Assembly (NCBI GenBank): GCA_965205015.1
Contig: OZ242029.1
Location: forward strand, 2,592,001 to 2,656,000
DNA length: 64,000 nt
Source of the DNA: Candidatus Poribacteria bacterium
GTDB lineage: Bacteria; Poribacteria; WGA-4E; WGA-3G
Direction: 5' to 3'
A model generated the notes under the pieces. That model was not told the origin of the DNA. It searched no databases and was given only the letters and a program-made list of their open reading frames with translations. Both the position numbers and the translations under genes were made by a program. Of this stretch, positions 31,417 through 42,597 are shown in pieces; the stretch's first letter is position 1, and the number at the start of each line of letters is the position of its first letter.

Positions 31417-34347
31417 CTACTGGCTCAGATGCCGCTCCGCTTCAATCCGCCATTGTTCCGGTGGATTGAGTTCAAGGAAACGTTGCCATTGCATTCTTGC
31501 CTCTTCACGCTTTTCCCTGTATTCATACATGAGCGCGAGGTTGTAATTCGCAGTTAAGTTGCGGGGTTCGAGTTGTATCACCCGTTCAAACTGTTCCGTT
31601 GCTGCGCCGAGCAGGTCCATACTGAAAAGGTTGTTGGCATGATTGAGTAGTGTCGGGACATGTGTGTCGTCCAAAGCGAGTGCCTTTTCCAGGGTCTCTT
31701 TCGCAGCGTTGTAATCCAAAGCATGGGCATAGTAAAGATCGCCGAGGCGTTGATACGTTTTGATGGCAATAGCGTCGCCTTCTTCGACGGGTTGTTGAAT
31801 GAGTGCAGCCTCGGCTTCATAATGTTGAATCGCCTGTTTCCACGCCTGTTCCCATTCCGCAATCTGCCCCAGATACAAGTGGATACCCCTATATTTTGGC
31901 GCATAAGAGAGCATATTTTCAAAAACCTCTTTGGCGAGACGATGCCGATCGATTTCGAGATAAAGGACCCCGAGCTGGTAGTTCGCCTCGCTATTTCTCG
32001 GTTGGCGTTCAATGACCTGTTTGAAATCCTCTAAAATTTGGCTATAACGGTAAAGCGTTTTGCCGATGTGTCTGTAGCGAAGCGTGAGCATCCCGCGGTA
32101 GAAGTAGGCATCCGCATAGTCTGAATTCAACGCAAGCGTTTTGGTGTACTCCTTGACAGCCATTTCAGCGTGTTGATGATAGTCCTCTCCAAGTGTTTCG
32201 GCGTGTCGGTCGAGCAGACGTGCATAACTATAGTGCCAGTCAAACTTATTAGGGTTGTATTGGTTTGCCAATCCGTAGTACCGAATGGCATTCTCGCGTT
32301 GGTCGCGTTTCTCGAAGATGACAGCAAGAAGATGATGGAGTTCCGGGTGGTTGGGTTCAATTTCCAATGCGGGTTGATAGACCCGAACAATATTATCTTC
32401 ATCATTACGCTCGCGATAGATTGCACCGAGTTGGAAAAAGGGTGTTCCTTCTGTTACTTCAAAAAAAGGGCTTTCAATTGACGCGGTATCCAGACCTATG
32501 GTTTTCTCGTAATGGACGATAGCGTTGTCTATCTCACCCTTTCGTTCAAACAGGATGGCTGCGTGGTAATGCGCTGAGACATCTTCCGGGTTTAACCGAA
32601 CCGTTGCGAGAAACGCGAGCAGGGCAGGATCGGGTTGCTCCAATGTGAGATACGACAGTGCCATTAGAGAGTGTGCCTCGGTCGTGTCGGGGACAATGTC
32701 AATAATCTGTTGTAAAGTATCAATTGCCTGCTGATGTGCTTCTCGGTTCCGATAAATGTCAGCCATCTTGAAGAGTACATCTGTTCGCTGTGAATCTAAC
32801 GCTAAAGTGCGTTGATAAAGGGTGAGTGCGTTGTCTATATCGCCATTAGCCTCATAACTCTGTCCCAGTAGATAGGCGGCACTAATGTCTTCCGGGAACA
32901 GTAGGAGGTGCGTGTTCAAGGATTCAATAGCCTCTTGATAATTCTCCGCGTCGAAAGCGCGTTGTCCGTGTGTGATAAATTTATTCGCTAATTCTGGATT
33001 TAACGCCAATGCGCGTTTAAAGTAACCAACAGAGGCCTCTACATCCCCCTGTTGGTGATAAAGTTCACCGAGTTTCAAGTAGACATCATTGAAATCGCCT
33101 AAAAGGAGTTCCGTTTGCATAAAACTTGAGTCGGAAACCTCTATGATTTCAATAGTTTTTTCGTAGGATTCGATGGCTTTCGGGATGTTGCCAGCATCGG
33201 CTTCGACCATACCTGCATAAAAATGGGAGCGTGGATCCTCAGGAAGGACTGACATCGCTTTCTCAAGGGATAGCCTCGCCTCGTCCGGGGTCGTCAACCC
33301 TGCGAAGTAAGGTTCAAGCGGTTCATAGAAAGCGTCCTTAATGTTCGGTGTGAGAGATACTGCTTGTTGGTAATGATGTACGGCTGTCGTGGTATCGCCG
33401 CTGGTATAGAGGCGTTCTCCAAGCGCGAAATGTGCTTTCGCATGGGTTGGATCAACTTCGATTGCGCGTTGATATACGCTAATTGCACCGTCCGTATTGC
33501 CTTTTTCATCGAAGATAACCGCCAGTTCGTAAAGAACTTGTGCTGAGTACTCCTGATATTTCGATCCTTTCGCGTATTCTTCCAACGCTTCATCAAAGAA
33601 TCCCTCAGTCGCAAAGACTTGTCCGAGTTTGAAGTAGGCGGGCGCGAACCTCTTTTTTTGATGCGTAAGGTTCTCAAAAGTCTCGCGGGCGCGATCTATT
33701 TCACCTTGTGCGAAATAAACTAAACCGATACCGTACTGTGGATATTCCCATTTTCTATTTACCTTTCGTGCTGCGTCAAAGGCTTGGAGTGCGTCTATGT
33801 AATTCTGATGCTTTAAATGAATCTCGCCCATACGATAGTGAACAGGGTAGTATTTGGGGTTTAAACGGATGCACGCCTCAAATTCGGCGAGTGCCAATTC
33901 GTCTTTACCTTGTTCCTGATAGATACCGCCGAGATTGAAGCGCGCCCAAAATAGATCTGGATCCATCTCAACGGCGTATTGTAAGTAGTTAATGGCGGTA
34001 TCCGACACTTCGCCGGTTGTCGGTGCTTGGAGGGCATGTATGTAACCCAAGCCGTAATAGAATGCTGCCTTGATTGTGGGTGTGGTGGGTTGCTGTGCTT
34101 GACGGTTGTTCTTCCTTGCGGTGTAAAGTGTAAGGAGTTCAGAGAGTCGTCCCTGTTTCTGCCATTTGAGGATGAGTTCACGATGTTTCTCGGCGGGTTT
34201 CTTCTTTTCTTGCAATACCTTTGCGAAGTCTTTCCTCATGTTCGATTCCCACTTTTCTGCTGCGGGAGAAACCTGTAAGAAAGACGTATTGAATCCTAAG
34301 CATACGATTAGCAACATAAATGTGGGATTTAACAGTGTTTTTTTCAT
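31417..34347 (-). CDS. Large secreted tetratricopeptide repeat protein
   Basis: Signal peptide followed by many TPR units (A.Y.LG..Y...G....A...Y..A..L.P). Confidence 0.9.
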   Translation of the reverse strand: MKKTLLNPTFMLLIVCLGFNTSFLQVSPAAEKWESNMRKDFAKVLQEKKKPAEKHRELILKWQKQGRLSELLTLYTARKNNRQAQQPTTPTIKAAFYYGLGYIHALQAPTTGEVSDTAINYLQYAVEMDPDLFWARFNLGGIYQEQGKDELALAEFEACIRLNPKYYPVHYRMGEIHLKHQNYIDALQAFDAARKVNRKWEYPQYGIGLVYFAQGEIDRARETFENLTHQKKRFAPAYFKLGQVFATEGFFDEALEEYAKGSKYQEYSAQVLYELAVIFDEKGNTDGAISVYQRAIEVDPTHAKAHFALGERLYTSGDTTTAVHHYQQAVSLTPNIKDAFYEPLEPYFAGLTTPDEARLSLEKAMSVLPEDPRSHFYAGMVEADAGNIPKAIESYEKTIEIIEVSDSSFMQTELLLGDFNDVYLKLGELYHQQGDVEASVGYFKRALALNPELANKFITHGQRAFDAENYQEAIESLNTHLLLFPEDISAAYLLGQSYEANGDIDNALTLYQRTLALDSQRTDVLFKMADIYRNREAHQQAIDTLQQIIDIVPDTTEAHSLMALSYLTLEQPDPALLAFLATVRLNPEDVSAHYHAAILFERKGEIDNAIVHYEKTIGLDTASIESPFFEVTEGTPFFQLGAIYRERNDEDNIVRVYQPALEIEPNHPELHHLLAVIFEKRDQRENAIRYYGLANQYNPNKFDWHYSYARLLDRHAETLGEDYHQHAEMAVKEYTKTLALNSDYADAYFYRGMLTLRYRHIGKTLYRYSQILEDFKQVIERQPRNSEANYQLGVLYLEIDRHRLAKEVFENMLSYAPKYRGIHLYLGQIAEWEQAWKQAIQHYEAEAALIQQPVEEGDAIAIKTYQRLGDLYYAHALDYNAAKETLEKALALDDTHVPTLLNHANNLFSMDLLGAATEQFERVIQLEPRNLTANYNLALMYEYREKREEARMQWQRFLELNPPEQWRIEAERHLSQ

Positions 34348-34358
34348 TGTGTATTTCC

Positions 34359-35297
34359 TCAGTTTCCAATTCTGTCAATTTTTGCGCGTGTCGGCATAGA
34401 AGGGGTCGCACCAACGACAGTGACCGCTGCTGCACCTGCTGCATTTGCGAACGCAACGGCTGTCGATAAAGTTTCACCACTTGCCAGCGCGGTCGCGAGT
34501 GCCCCACAAAACGCATCCCCTGCCCCCGTCGTGTCCACAGCATCAACAGTCAACGCCGAGACCCGTTCAGATTCGGTTGCTGTCAGCATCAATGCGCCTT
34601 GCGCGCCGAGTGTTAAGACAACAGCAGTGCTTACAGCATCCACCATGCGAGCGCGTAGCACCTCTGCTGCGCTGCGCGCGTCTTCGTGATTGTCAATTTT
34701 CACTCCCGACAACACCTCAGTCTCGGATTGGTTCGGGGTCAGAATATCAACAGACGCTAACAGGCTATCCGGCAACGGTTGCGCCGGTGCGGGATTTAAT
34801 ATCACAGTCGTCCCGTGTGCCTTAGCAATTGCTGCGGCGTGTTCTGATGCTGCAATCGGTGTTTCTAATTGTAGCAGTAAGACATCGGCGTTTGCGATGT
34901 CCTCGGCAGCAGTGTCTATATCTGTTGTTGTAAGTGCCATGTTTGCGCGCGGGACGACGATGATGCTATTGTCGCCATCTGGCTCAACGACAATCGTTGC
35001 CACGCCCGTGCCTACATCCGTACGTTTTGTGACAAACCTGCTATTAATGTGTTCGTTTTCCGTTGCTGTGAGAAGCATATCGCCGAAAAGATCGGCACCG
35101 ACACTTCCGATCAGTGTAACCTCGGCACCTAATCGCGCCGCGGCGGTTGCCTGATTAAATCCCTTTCCACCTGTAAAAATATCGAAAGCGTCGCCGATGA
35201 GGGTTTCGCCTTTACTGGGTCGCTGCGGTGCGCGGCATACCAGATCAACATTCAGACTGCCAACAACGGTAACTTTCGGTGTGGTTTGGTTCATCAC
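34359..35297 (-). CDS. rbsK: Ribokinase
   Basis: GSLNVD, GGKGFNQA, NPAP, PNQSE, DTTGAGDAF. Confidence 0.92.
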   Translation of the reverse strand: MMNQTTPKVTVVGSLNVDLVCRAPQRPSKGETLIGDAFDIFTGGKGFNQATAAARLGAEVTLIGSVGADLFGDMLLTATENEHINSRFVTKRTDVGTGVATIVVEPDGDNSIIVVPRANMALTTTDIDTAAEDIANADVLLLQLETPIAASEHAAAIAKAHGTTVILNPAPAQPLPDSLLASVDILTPNQSETEVLSGVKIDNHEDARSAAEVLRARMVDAVSTAVVLTLGAQGALMLTATESERVSALTVDAVDTTGAGDAFCGALATALASGETLSTAVAFANAAGAAAVTVVGATPSMPTRAKIDRIGN

Positions 35298-35465
35298 GAT
35301 TTGTTCCTATCTATCTAACGATTTTTGACAATTATAGTTGACATATTTTGCCATTGTCAAGGTTTTATCAGGTTCATTTCAGAGGTATTCAGTTGTCAGA
35401 ATCAGGATTTTCAGGGTTCAAGGATTTGCAGGATTGAAAATCGTTGCGGTTCAGAACGCTTTTAT

Positions 35466-35488
35466 GTAGGAGCGAGCTATGCTCGCGA
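35466..35488 (+). repeat. GTAG-type REP-like palindrome, family B
   Basis: GTAGGAGCGAGCTATGCTCGCGA; related copies at 50191-50214 (+), 38407-38430 (-), 22011-22034 (-). Confidence 0.7.
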
Positions 35489-35667
35489 TTTATTCCAAAA
35501 ACTTACAGAAAACTGAGAACTGAATGTCTCTGATGCTATTTTTTACGTGAGATTCACACAAGCCAAGATATCTCTTCGTTTTTCAGGTAGGGTGTGAGGA
35601 GGTTTCGGAGTTGATGGTATGCTTTATGGAGAAGTGTTTTCACCGTGATATAAAAGATGTCTCTTTT

Positions 35668-36327
35668 TCAGCGAGCCGATCTCCTCTTTTCCTCTAGTTT
35701 TTTCGGATCATAAATGACCTCAAAAGTGCCAGAATCCGCTTGCGATGAGAGTCTTTTTATGAGTTCGTAGGTTTTCCTATTCGCCGGAGTGGGGTTGAAG
35801 ACCATTATTGCATCCCACAAGGTGCTGACTTCATCCATTGTCATTGGCTCTCTATTAAGCTCCTTTCTTCTCAGTTCAATGTACGTATGCACGAGCGGGA
35901 TATCGCCATGCTCTTCAATTAACTTTTTCTTGAGAGTTTCAAGGGGTTTGCGAGGAGGTGCCTTCACATCCTCCTTCGTGCTAGGCTTCGCCGAGGCAAG
36001 TGGGATTCGATTCGGTTCCGCAATTTCAGCGTCATCTGCATCAGCGTGTATGTGCTCGTGGTGATGAGGGTCATCTACATGCGGATGATGTGTATGTGCT
36101 TCTTCTACTTCAACGACTTCTTGGGGCTCCTGAGGATCAACTATAGGCATGTCGTTTATTGACGAGCTATCCGCTGTCTTCTCTGCGTGTTCGTTTCCGT
36201 TGTCTATCGTAGAAGCGGAGGGTTGAGGAAGGTTTTTGATAAATTTTTTTGTGTCGTGTTCCAGATAGAAAAATAAGGCGGTTGAGATGGCACAAACAAT
36301 GAGAGCAGCGGTAATAAAGAGTCGCAT
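35668..36327 (-). CDS. Hypothetical membrane-anchored protein with His-rich linker
   Basis: AAAGGA RBS, N-terminal TM, HTHHPHVDDPHHHEHIH. Confidence 0.7.
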   Translation of the reverse strand: MRLFITAALIVCAISTALFFYLEHDTKKFIKNLPQPSASTIDNGNEHAEKTADSSSINDMPIVDPQEPQEVVEVEEAHTHHPHVDDPHHHEHIHADADDAEIAEPNRIPLASAKPSTKEDVKAPPRKPLETLKKKLIEEHGDIPLVHTYIELRRKELNREPMTMDEVSTLWDAIMVFNPTPANRKTYELIKRLSSQADSGTFEVIYDPKKLEEKRRSAR

Positions 36328-36663
36328 GAAAAGTCCTTTTTATGAAGTGGGAAGTCATAAGCCTCTGTGGTTAGAAATATACCTGACAAGGTGAGAACTG
36401 CTATAGTTACAATCATCTGGCCTAAGGGTATTTTCATTAGTTTTTCTCCTTTGATTATATGAAAATCGTCCAAAAAAATCAATATTTTCATCTAAAAGTT
36501 GGCAAAATTACTTGAAATTGTGAAAGGCAGTGCAGCTCTTTGAAGGAAGGCACATTGCGTTTTTTATAATAAATCCAATAAGTTTTGGCTTGCAAGCTAC
36601 ATCTCAAAGTGCTATGATGCACATCAGCGAGAGGACAGTAAATCCTACGAACCGAAAGAAGGG

Positions 36664-38349
36664 GTGCCGAATACTTTCATGAATTCTAAATTGAAATATG
36701 TTATCGGTTTTTTAGTCTTTCTGGGACTCTGCTCTATTTTCAAGTGGCGTGCGGATCAAGTGGGTGGCGCGGAGAATCTGGTATGGTACAGCATAATTCC
36801 GCCGTTACTTGCCGTCACATTAGCGATTCTGACAACCCGATTGCTTCCGAGTCTTGGCATCGCCGTGGGTGTCGGAATTGTGCTCTCGTGGTCTCAACAA
36901 GGTGCTGTCCCTATCGGTTTTTTGACAGAAATTGTTTGGTTCGTCCGTGCCGTGAGCATCGGAAATGAAGGTGTAGATCTCTTCAACTTCTGGGTCGTTC
37001 TGTTTGTATGCCTCATCATGGCGACGATCTCCGTTGTGGTGGCGTCTGGGGGTATCGGTGGCGTTGTTGTATGGCTCTCTCAATTCGCAAAGGGACCCCG
37101 TTCATCCCAATTCATCACGGGTTTGATGGGTATCATCATCTTCATCGGGGATTATTCCAACGCCATGCTCGTGGGTCCTACAATGCGTCCACTCACGGAT
37201 CATCATCGCGTGAGTCGTGAGAAATTGGCGTTCCTTGTGGATTCTACGAGTGCGCCGATTGCGGGTCTCGCATTCGTCAGCACCTGGATCGGCTATGAAG
37301 TGGGACTCTTTGAAGATATCGCGAAGACGATCGGGCTTGAACGTGATGGATATTCGATGTTTTTTGACGCGCTCGGCTTCCGGTTCTACTGTATTCTGAC
37401 GATTATTTTCGTGATCGTCAATGCTATCAGTGGCAGAGATTACGGCGCGATGCGCAAAGCTGAGAGGCGTGCCCGGGAGACAGGAAACGTCGCCGCCCCA
37501 GACGCTAAAGCACTTGAACATACTTCTGCTTTTGCCAGCCTACCCAACGCTATCACACAGCCATTTTCAGCGGTTTTACCGCTCTTAACGCTTTTCGGAT
37601 TGCTATTGGCGGGTTTCTGGATAGATGGTGAGGGGACAGGATTTATTTTTTCCCTCACTGCATGGCGAGACGCGCTTTCAAAAGCGGACAACGTCAAGAT
37701 TCTCGCCTGTGCGGCAGCGAGTGCCTTTGTTGTCGCAATCATCTGTGCACGCTGGCTCTCAAAACTACAATTCTCGGATATTGCGCCGGTTGTTTGGAGC
37801 GGTGTGAAGGGGAGCCTCACGCCGTTGAGTATTCTGTTATTGGCGTGGGGGTTAAAAGCGAGTTGCGATAGACTGATGACAGGTCAATTCCTCGCGATGA
37901 TGCTCAGCGATATTGTGTCGCCACTCTGGTTTCCGGTTTTCGTTTTTATATGTGCATCGGTTACCTCTTTTGCGACTGGGACAAGTTGGGGCACGATGGC
38001 GATTCTGATTCCTACTGCGATTCCGGTGGCGTTCTCGCTTGATAATGGGAGTTACGGACTCACAACAATCATTTGCCTTGGTGCAGTGTTAGATGGTGCT
38101 ATCTTCGGCGACCACTGCTCGCCACTTTCAGATACAACGATCCTTAGTTCCATTGCGAGTAGTTGCGATCCGCTTCACCACGTGAGGACCCAATTGCCAT
38201 ACAGTCTCACTGTGGCAGTCATCGCCCTATTTTGTGGCTATCTTCCTGCTGCGCTCGGTATCTCCTCAGCGCTCGGAATTCTCGGTGGCACGGGTCTGAT
38301 TATCTTGCTATTTTTTGGCGTAGCTCGCAAGCCAAAACTTGCTATATAA
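36664..38349 (+). CDS. Na+/H+ antiporter NhaC family protein
   Basis: SREKLAFLVDSTSAP, FATGTSWGT, GAIFGDHCSPLSDTT. Confidence 0.9.
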   Translation: MPNTFMNSKLKYVIGFLVFLGLCSIFKWRADQVGGAENLVWYSIIPPLLAVTLAILTTRLLPSLGIAVGVGIVLSWSQQGAVPIGFLTEIVWFVRAVSIGNEGVDLFNFWVVLFVCLIMATISVVVASGGIGGVVVWLSQFAKGPRSSQFITGLMGIIIFIGDYSNAMLVGPTMRPLTDHHRVSREKLAFLVDSTSAPIAGLAFVSTWIGYEVGLFEDIAKTIGLERDGYSMFFDALGFRFYCILTIIFVIVNAISGRDYGAMRKAERRARETGNVAAPDAKALEHTSAFASLPNAITQPFSAVLPLLTLFGLLLAGFWIDGEGTGFIFSLTAWRDALSKADNVKILACAAASAFVVAIICARWLSKLQFSDIAPVVWSGVKGSLTPLSILLLAWGLKASCDRLMTGQFLAMMLSDIVSPLWFPVFVFICASVTSFATGTSWGTMAILIPTAIPVAFSLDNGSYGLTTIICLGAVLDGAIFGDHCSPLSDTTILSSIASSCDPLHHVRTQLPYSLTVAVIALFCGYLPAALGISSALGILGGTGLIILLFFGVARKPKLAI

Positions 38350-38466
38350 ACGTATGGCGTCGTAGGCTTCCGAAAACTTCAGGAAGGGAAGGGCGAGTTA
38401 TAGCGGTCGCGAGTTGGAACTCACTCTTACAGAAACAGAAAATCGAGGGAGAAAAGGAGGAATCAG

Positions 38467-39285
38467 ATGCGGGTTGAACTTGAAGGAAAGGTAGCAATTG
38501 TTACGGGGGGCGCGAATGGTATCGGTCGCGCTACCGTGGACGCGCTGGTTGACAACGGTGCACAAGTGGCAATCGTTGACATCGACACGCAGGCAGGCAT
38601 GAAGACCGTTGAAGAGGTTAAAGAGGGGGGTGGGACCTGTCTGTTTGTAGAAGGCAACGTCTCAGACGCGGCACAGATGGAGGCTGTTGCTGCTCAAATC
38701 GCATCGCATTTCGGTAAAATTGAGGTTTTGATAAACAATGCCGGAATTAACACACGAAGTGATAGGGTGCCGATTCATCGGTACACCTTAGAGGACTGGC
38801 AACGGATCTTGGAAATAGACCTCACGGGTGTTTTTACGACGAGTCGTGCTGTCATTCCACATCTCTTGGATGCTCACAGAGTGTCTGGTTCCGAAAACGC
38901 AACGGGACGTATTGTCAACATCAGTTCTATTGCTGGCTTGGTGCCACTGCGCTTGCAGAGTGCTTACGTTGCGGCGAAAGCGGGTGTTGCGAATCTAACG
39001 CGTTCTATGGCGTTGGAACTTGGACCGGAAGGGATTCTCGTGAATGCTGTCGCTCCAGGTTCGACGCTGACGCGCGGCACGAAGGCACTCTTTTATGGAG
39101 ATGACGGCGCGTATACAGAAAACGCCGCGAGTCTGCTATCGCATATTCCACTTGGAAGACCGGGAGAGACGGCTGAAATCGCAGCAGCGGTGCTCTTCCT
39201 CGTCTCGCCAGATGCGAGTTATATCAATGGGACGGTGCTCCCGGTGGACGGTGGTTGGATCGCGGGTTATACGCGAGATTGGTGA
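38467..39285 (+). CDS. SDR family oxidoreductase
   Basis: TGGANGIG, NNAG, YVAAK. Confidence 0.93.
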   Translation: MRVELEGKVAIVTGGANGIGRATVDALVDNGAQVAIVDIDTQAGMKTVEEVKEGGGTCLFVEGNVSDAAQMEAVAAQIASHFGKIEVLINNAGINTRSDRVPIHRYTLEDWQRILEIDLTGVFTTSRAVIPHLLDAHRVSGSENATGRIVNISSIAGLVPLRLQSAYVAAKAGVANLTRSMALELGPEGILVNAVAPGSTLTRGTKALFYGDDGAYTENAASLLSHIPLGRPGETAEIAAAVLFLVSPDASYINGTVLPVDGGWIAGYTRDW

Positions 39286-39457
39286 ATTGGGGGTGCAAGT
39301 AGGCACCGCTTTAGTTGGGTTTCGCTGGTATCTGGGAGTGCTTAGGTCTTGTGACAGAGAAGTTCTCTGTGTCGCAAGGCATCATTTTTTGGTGTTCCGC
39401 TCAACCCAACCTACTATAAATTATCTAAATTTTAGGACTTACGACAAAGGAGAAAAA

Positions 39458-39874
39458 ATGGCAAAAATTACGATGTTCAAAGGGTATCAAGGGGAACCCC
39501 CTATTCCGAAACCTGCACATCAGGTGCAAGCGAATGTTGTCACGGTTCAAGACGGTGTGCCTGTAAAGTATTCAGGCTGTGATGGGATCGGTGTACGTGT
39601 CGTGCATCCTGCCAATCCGAATGCGCCTGCGCAAAACTTGGGATTAGTCGTGTTTTTTGTGCCACCACACGTTGTCCTTGAGCCGGGAAGCCACCATACC
39701 GAGGAATGCTACGTGATTCTCAAAGGAAAAGGGGTGATGACGCTCGCCGGTGAGAAAGTGGCTGTTGAAGCGGGGACATTCATTCATCTCCCACCGTGGT
39801 GTGAGCACGGCATCGAAAATACAGGCGATGAGTCTATGGAAGTGTTGATATGTACATCCCCGCCGAACCCGTAA
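39458..39874 (+). CDS. Cupin domain protein
   Basis: AAGGAG RBS; HHTEECYVILKG, PPWCEHGIEN. Confidence 0.87.
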   Translation: MAKITMFKGYQGEPPIPKPAHQVQANVVTVQDGVPVKYSGCDGIGVRVVHPANPNAPAQNLGLVVFFVPPHVVLEPGSHHTEECYVILKGKGVMTLAGEKVAVEAGTFIHLPPWCEHGIENTGDESMEVLICTSPPNP

Positions 39875-40058
39875 ATTGACCGATAAATTGAGAGAATAGG
39901 CGATAAAATTCGCTAATTTTGCGTATATCCACGCTTTTCGGCGGTTTTTGCATTTTATTTTAACCCTTTTCCTATATTTTACGTTAAATAAAGTATCTTA
40001 ATTGTTTAATATAGGCTGATAAATCACGCCTTTAATTATTTTGTGGGGGTTTTAATTT

Positions 40059-42515
40059 ATGCGCGGGATAATGCCGAAGTCATCCAATGTACGGCGGGAT
40101 TTCCTACGGAAAAGACCTTTTAATGGGCACTCTGCAGCCGAGCAACCGGCTGACGAAGAGCTAACAACGATGGAAGAAATGCCCGAAGAGTTAGAAGAAC
40201 GGGCGCAGACGCTACTCGCAAACGGGGAAGAGATCAAAGTCGCCGTTTCAACGGATTTGCGGTTTGATGGCAATTATGGCAAAGATTGGGTAATTGCCAC
40301 CGATAGACGACTCATCGCTTTCAATCAGAACGGTGCCCCGGAGCATCAGCTTCGTGAGATTTCACTCACCTCCATTGAGGCTGTTGAGATCGTCGAGATG
40401 TACGGTAACAATATCCTCAAGATCAGAACATCCGAGGATGCCGCGGAAGTTGCACGCTACTCACGCCGGGTCTCACCAAAGTTTGAGTTGGCAACGCCTG
40501 AATTAGAGACATTGGTTCAGGAAGCGAACCCGGATGTAGAACATGAGAAGCAACACCGTCCGCAAGGTTGGGGAAAAAATAAAAACAAATGCGAAACATG
40601 CGGACAACCGTTGCCCCGCTGGTCGGGTGTTTGTGTTAATTGCGTTGAAAAGCGAAAACTCATCTTCCGGCTCATTCGATATTCGTTCCCGTTTTGGCAT
40701 GTTGCGGTGCCTGCCTTGGCATTGATGATGCTCATCCGGCTCGTATCACTCTACCCAACCATTTTGAGTAAGGAAATGGTTGATAATATCTTGCTTCCGG
40801 CAGGGACAGCCCTCACCGGGGCCACGGTAACCGAAACGGGTGAACCGATTCCACCCCCGACGTGGGGACATCTCACTGGAATAGTGCAAGGCATCGCGGG
40901 TTGGTTGACGCTCCCGGTCGCTGGAAGTTGGGGACACCTTGTCACTATTGTCCTCTTAATGGTAAGCTTCAACGTCTTCACCATGGGTGCTTCCGCTGTG
41001 CGAGGCTACATGATGGCGTGGGTTGGGCAAAATATCACGCGTCGGCTCCGGAACGAAACATACGAACATCTCAACTCGCTCTCGTTAGACTTTTACAATC
41101 AACGCGATACTGGAAACTTGATGTCGAGGATCACAAGTGATGTGGCAAGGCTTCGGGAGTTCATCGCAAACGGATTGCAAGACATCATCGGTGATTCGTT
41201 GACGCTTATTTATATCTGCGTCATTATGTTCGCCACAAATTGGAAATTGGCGGCTTGGACACTGCTTCCGATCCCATGCCTTATTTTCTTTACCATCTTC
41301 TTCGGAAAAAAGATGGGCAAAGTGTTTTCCGTACTCTGGAAACGGTATGCGGATATTAGCACGATACTGGCAAGCACTATCCCAGGAGTGCGCGTTGTCA
41401 AAGCCTTCGCACGTGAACGTTATGAGGTAAACCGGTTTAGTGAAAAGACCTATCAGGTGTTCGATGGTGAGATGAATGCAGCGAAATTATGGACGCTGTA
41501 TCGTCCGATCATGGAATTCATCATTTTCTCCGGTTCCATTCTGATATGGTTGGTTGGGGGTTCGCAGATTTTCGCAGGTGAATTAACGCTCGGCTCACTC
41601 ATGATGTTCCATGGACTGATGGGCCGGTTCTTCAGACCCGTTTATACGCTTTGCCAAATGAATGAACGTTTCATCCGAGCCGCAACTTCTGCTGATCGCG
41701 TGTTTGAAATTATAGATACCCCCCCAAGTGTCGCGGATAGAGAAGACGCGGTTACGCTTGAAAACATCAAAGGCGAGGTCGAATTCAAGGATGTCTATTT
41801 CTCCTATGATGCGGAAAAGAATGCGATCAACGGTGTCAGTTTCCGGGCGGAAGCAGGTGAGATGATCGGGCTTGTCGGACATAGCGGTGCTGGAAAAAGT
41901 ACTGTGATTAACCTGATTACCCGTTTCTACGATCCGAGTGAAGGTTCAATAGAGATTGATGGACACAATACCCGCGATATTAAACTGAAAGCATTACGGC
42001 AGCAGGTAGGCGTGGTGCTTCAAGATCCATTCCTGTTCCAGGGTACGATCGCTGAAAATATTGGGTATTCAAAACCGGGTGCGTCTCGACATGAAATTAT
42101 CGCCGCTGCGAAAGCCGCGAACGCGCATGAGTTCATCATCAAATTCCCGGATGGATACGATACAATGGTCGGTGAACGGGGTGCCCGCGTGTCCGGCGGT
42201 GAACGACAGCGAATTTCTATTGCTCGCGCGATCCTGAAAAATCCGAGAATTCTCATCTTAGATGAAGCGACATCGTCTGTGGATACAGAGACTGAGTCGA
42301 ATATTCAAGAGGCGTTAGAACGGCTTGTCCGGGGTCGTACCGTATTTGCTATCGCACATCGACTCTCCACGCTCAAGTATGCTGACCGACTGGTTGTGTT
42401 GAAAGACGGGACAGTTGATGAAATTGGCACGCATGAAGAGCTTCTTGCCAAAGACGGGACTTATGCGGGTTTGTGTGAAAAGCAGACAGAGTTGTCGAAG
42501 ATTCGTGCCTTATAG
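40059..42515 (+). CDS. ABC exporter (fused TMD-NBD) with N-terminal PH-like domain and zinc ribbon
   Basis: CETC..CVNC, TM domain, GHSGAGKS, VSGGERQR, ILDEATS. Confidence 0.92.
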   Translation: MRGIMPKSSNVRRDFLRKRPFNGHSAAEQPADEELTTMEEMPEELEERAQTLLANGEEIKVAVSTDLRFDGNYGKDWVIATDRRLIAFNQNGAPEHQLREISLTSIEAVEIVEMYGNNILKIRTSEDAAEVARYSRRVSPKFELATPELETLVQEANPDVEHEKQHRPQGWGKNKNKCETCGQPLPRWSGVCVNCVEKRKLIFRLIRYSFPFWHVAVPALALMMLIRLVSLYPTILSKEMVDNILLPAGTALTGATVTETGEPIPPPTWGHLTGIVQGIAGWLTLPVAGSWGHLVTIVLLMVSFNVFTMGASAVRGYMMAWVGQNITRRLRNETYEHLNSLSLDFYNQRDTGNLMSRITSDVARLREFIANGLQDIIGDSLTLIYICVIMFATNWKLAAWTLLPIPCLIFFTIFFGKKMGKVFSVLWKRYADISTILASTIPGVRVVKAFARERYEVNRFSEKTYQVFDGEMNAAKLWTLYRPIMEFIIFSGSILIWLVGGSQIFAGELTLGSLMMFHGLMGRFFRPVYTLCQMNERFIRAATSADRVFEIIDTPPSVADREDAVTLENIKGEVEFKDVYFSYDAEKNAINGVSFRAEAGEMIGLVGHSGAGKSTVINLITRFYDPSEGSIEIDGHNTRDIKLKALRQQVGVVLQDPFLFQGTIAENIGYSKPGASRHEIIAAAKAANAHEFIIKFPDGYDTMVGERGARVSGGERQRISIARAILKNPRILILDEATSSVDTETESNIQEALERLVRGRTVFAIAHRLSTLKYADRLVVLKDGTVDEIGTHEELLAKDGTYAGLCEKQTELSKIRAL

Positions 42516-42527
42516 GTAACCCTACCG

Positions 42528-42560
42528 TTCTGGTGCGCGCCTTGAGAGCACGCACCAGAA
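42528..42560 (+). terminator. Strong hairpin between the ABC gene and the DUF1854 gene
   Basis: TTCTGGTGCG/CGCACCAGAA stem without a clear U-tract. Confidence 0.4.
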
Positions 42561-42597
42561 ATCCCTTCCTTGAGACAGAAGAAGGAGAAGTTACATA

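Noticed and set aside
39095-39457. Long N-terminal extension of the cupin ORF
   Set aside because: It overlaps the SDR gene and an intergenic repeat; a strong RBS supports ATG 39458.
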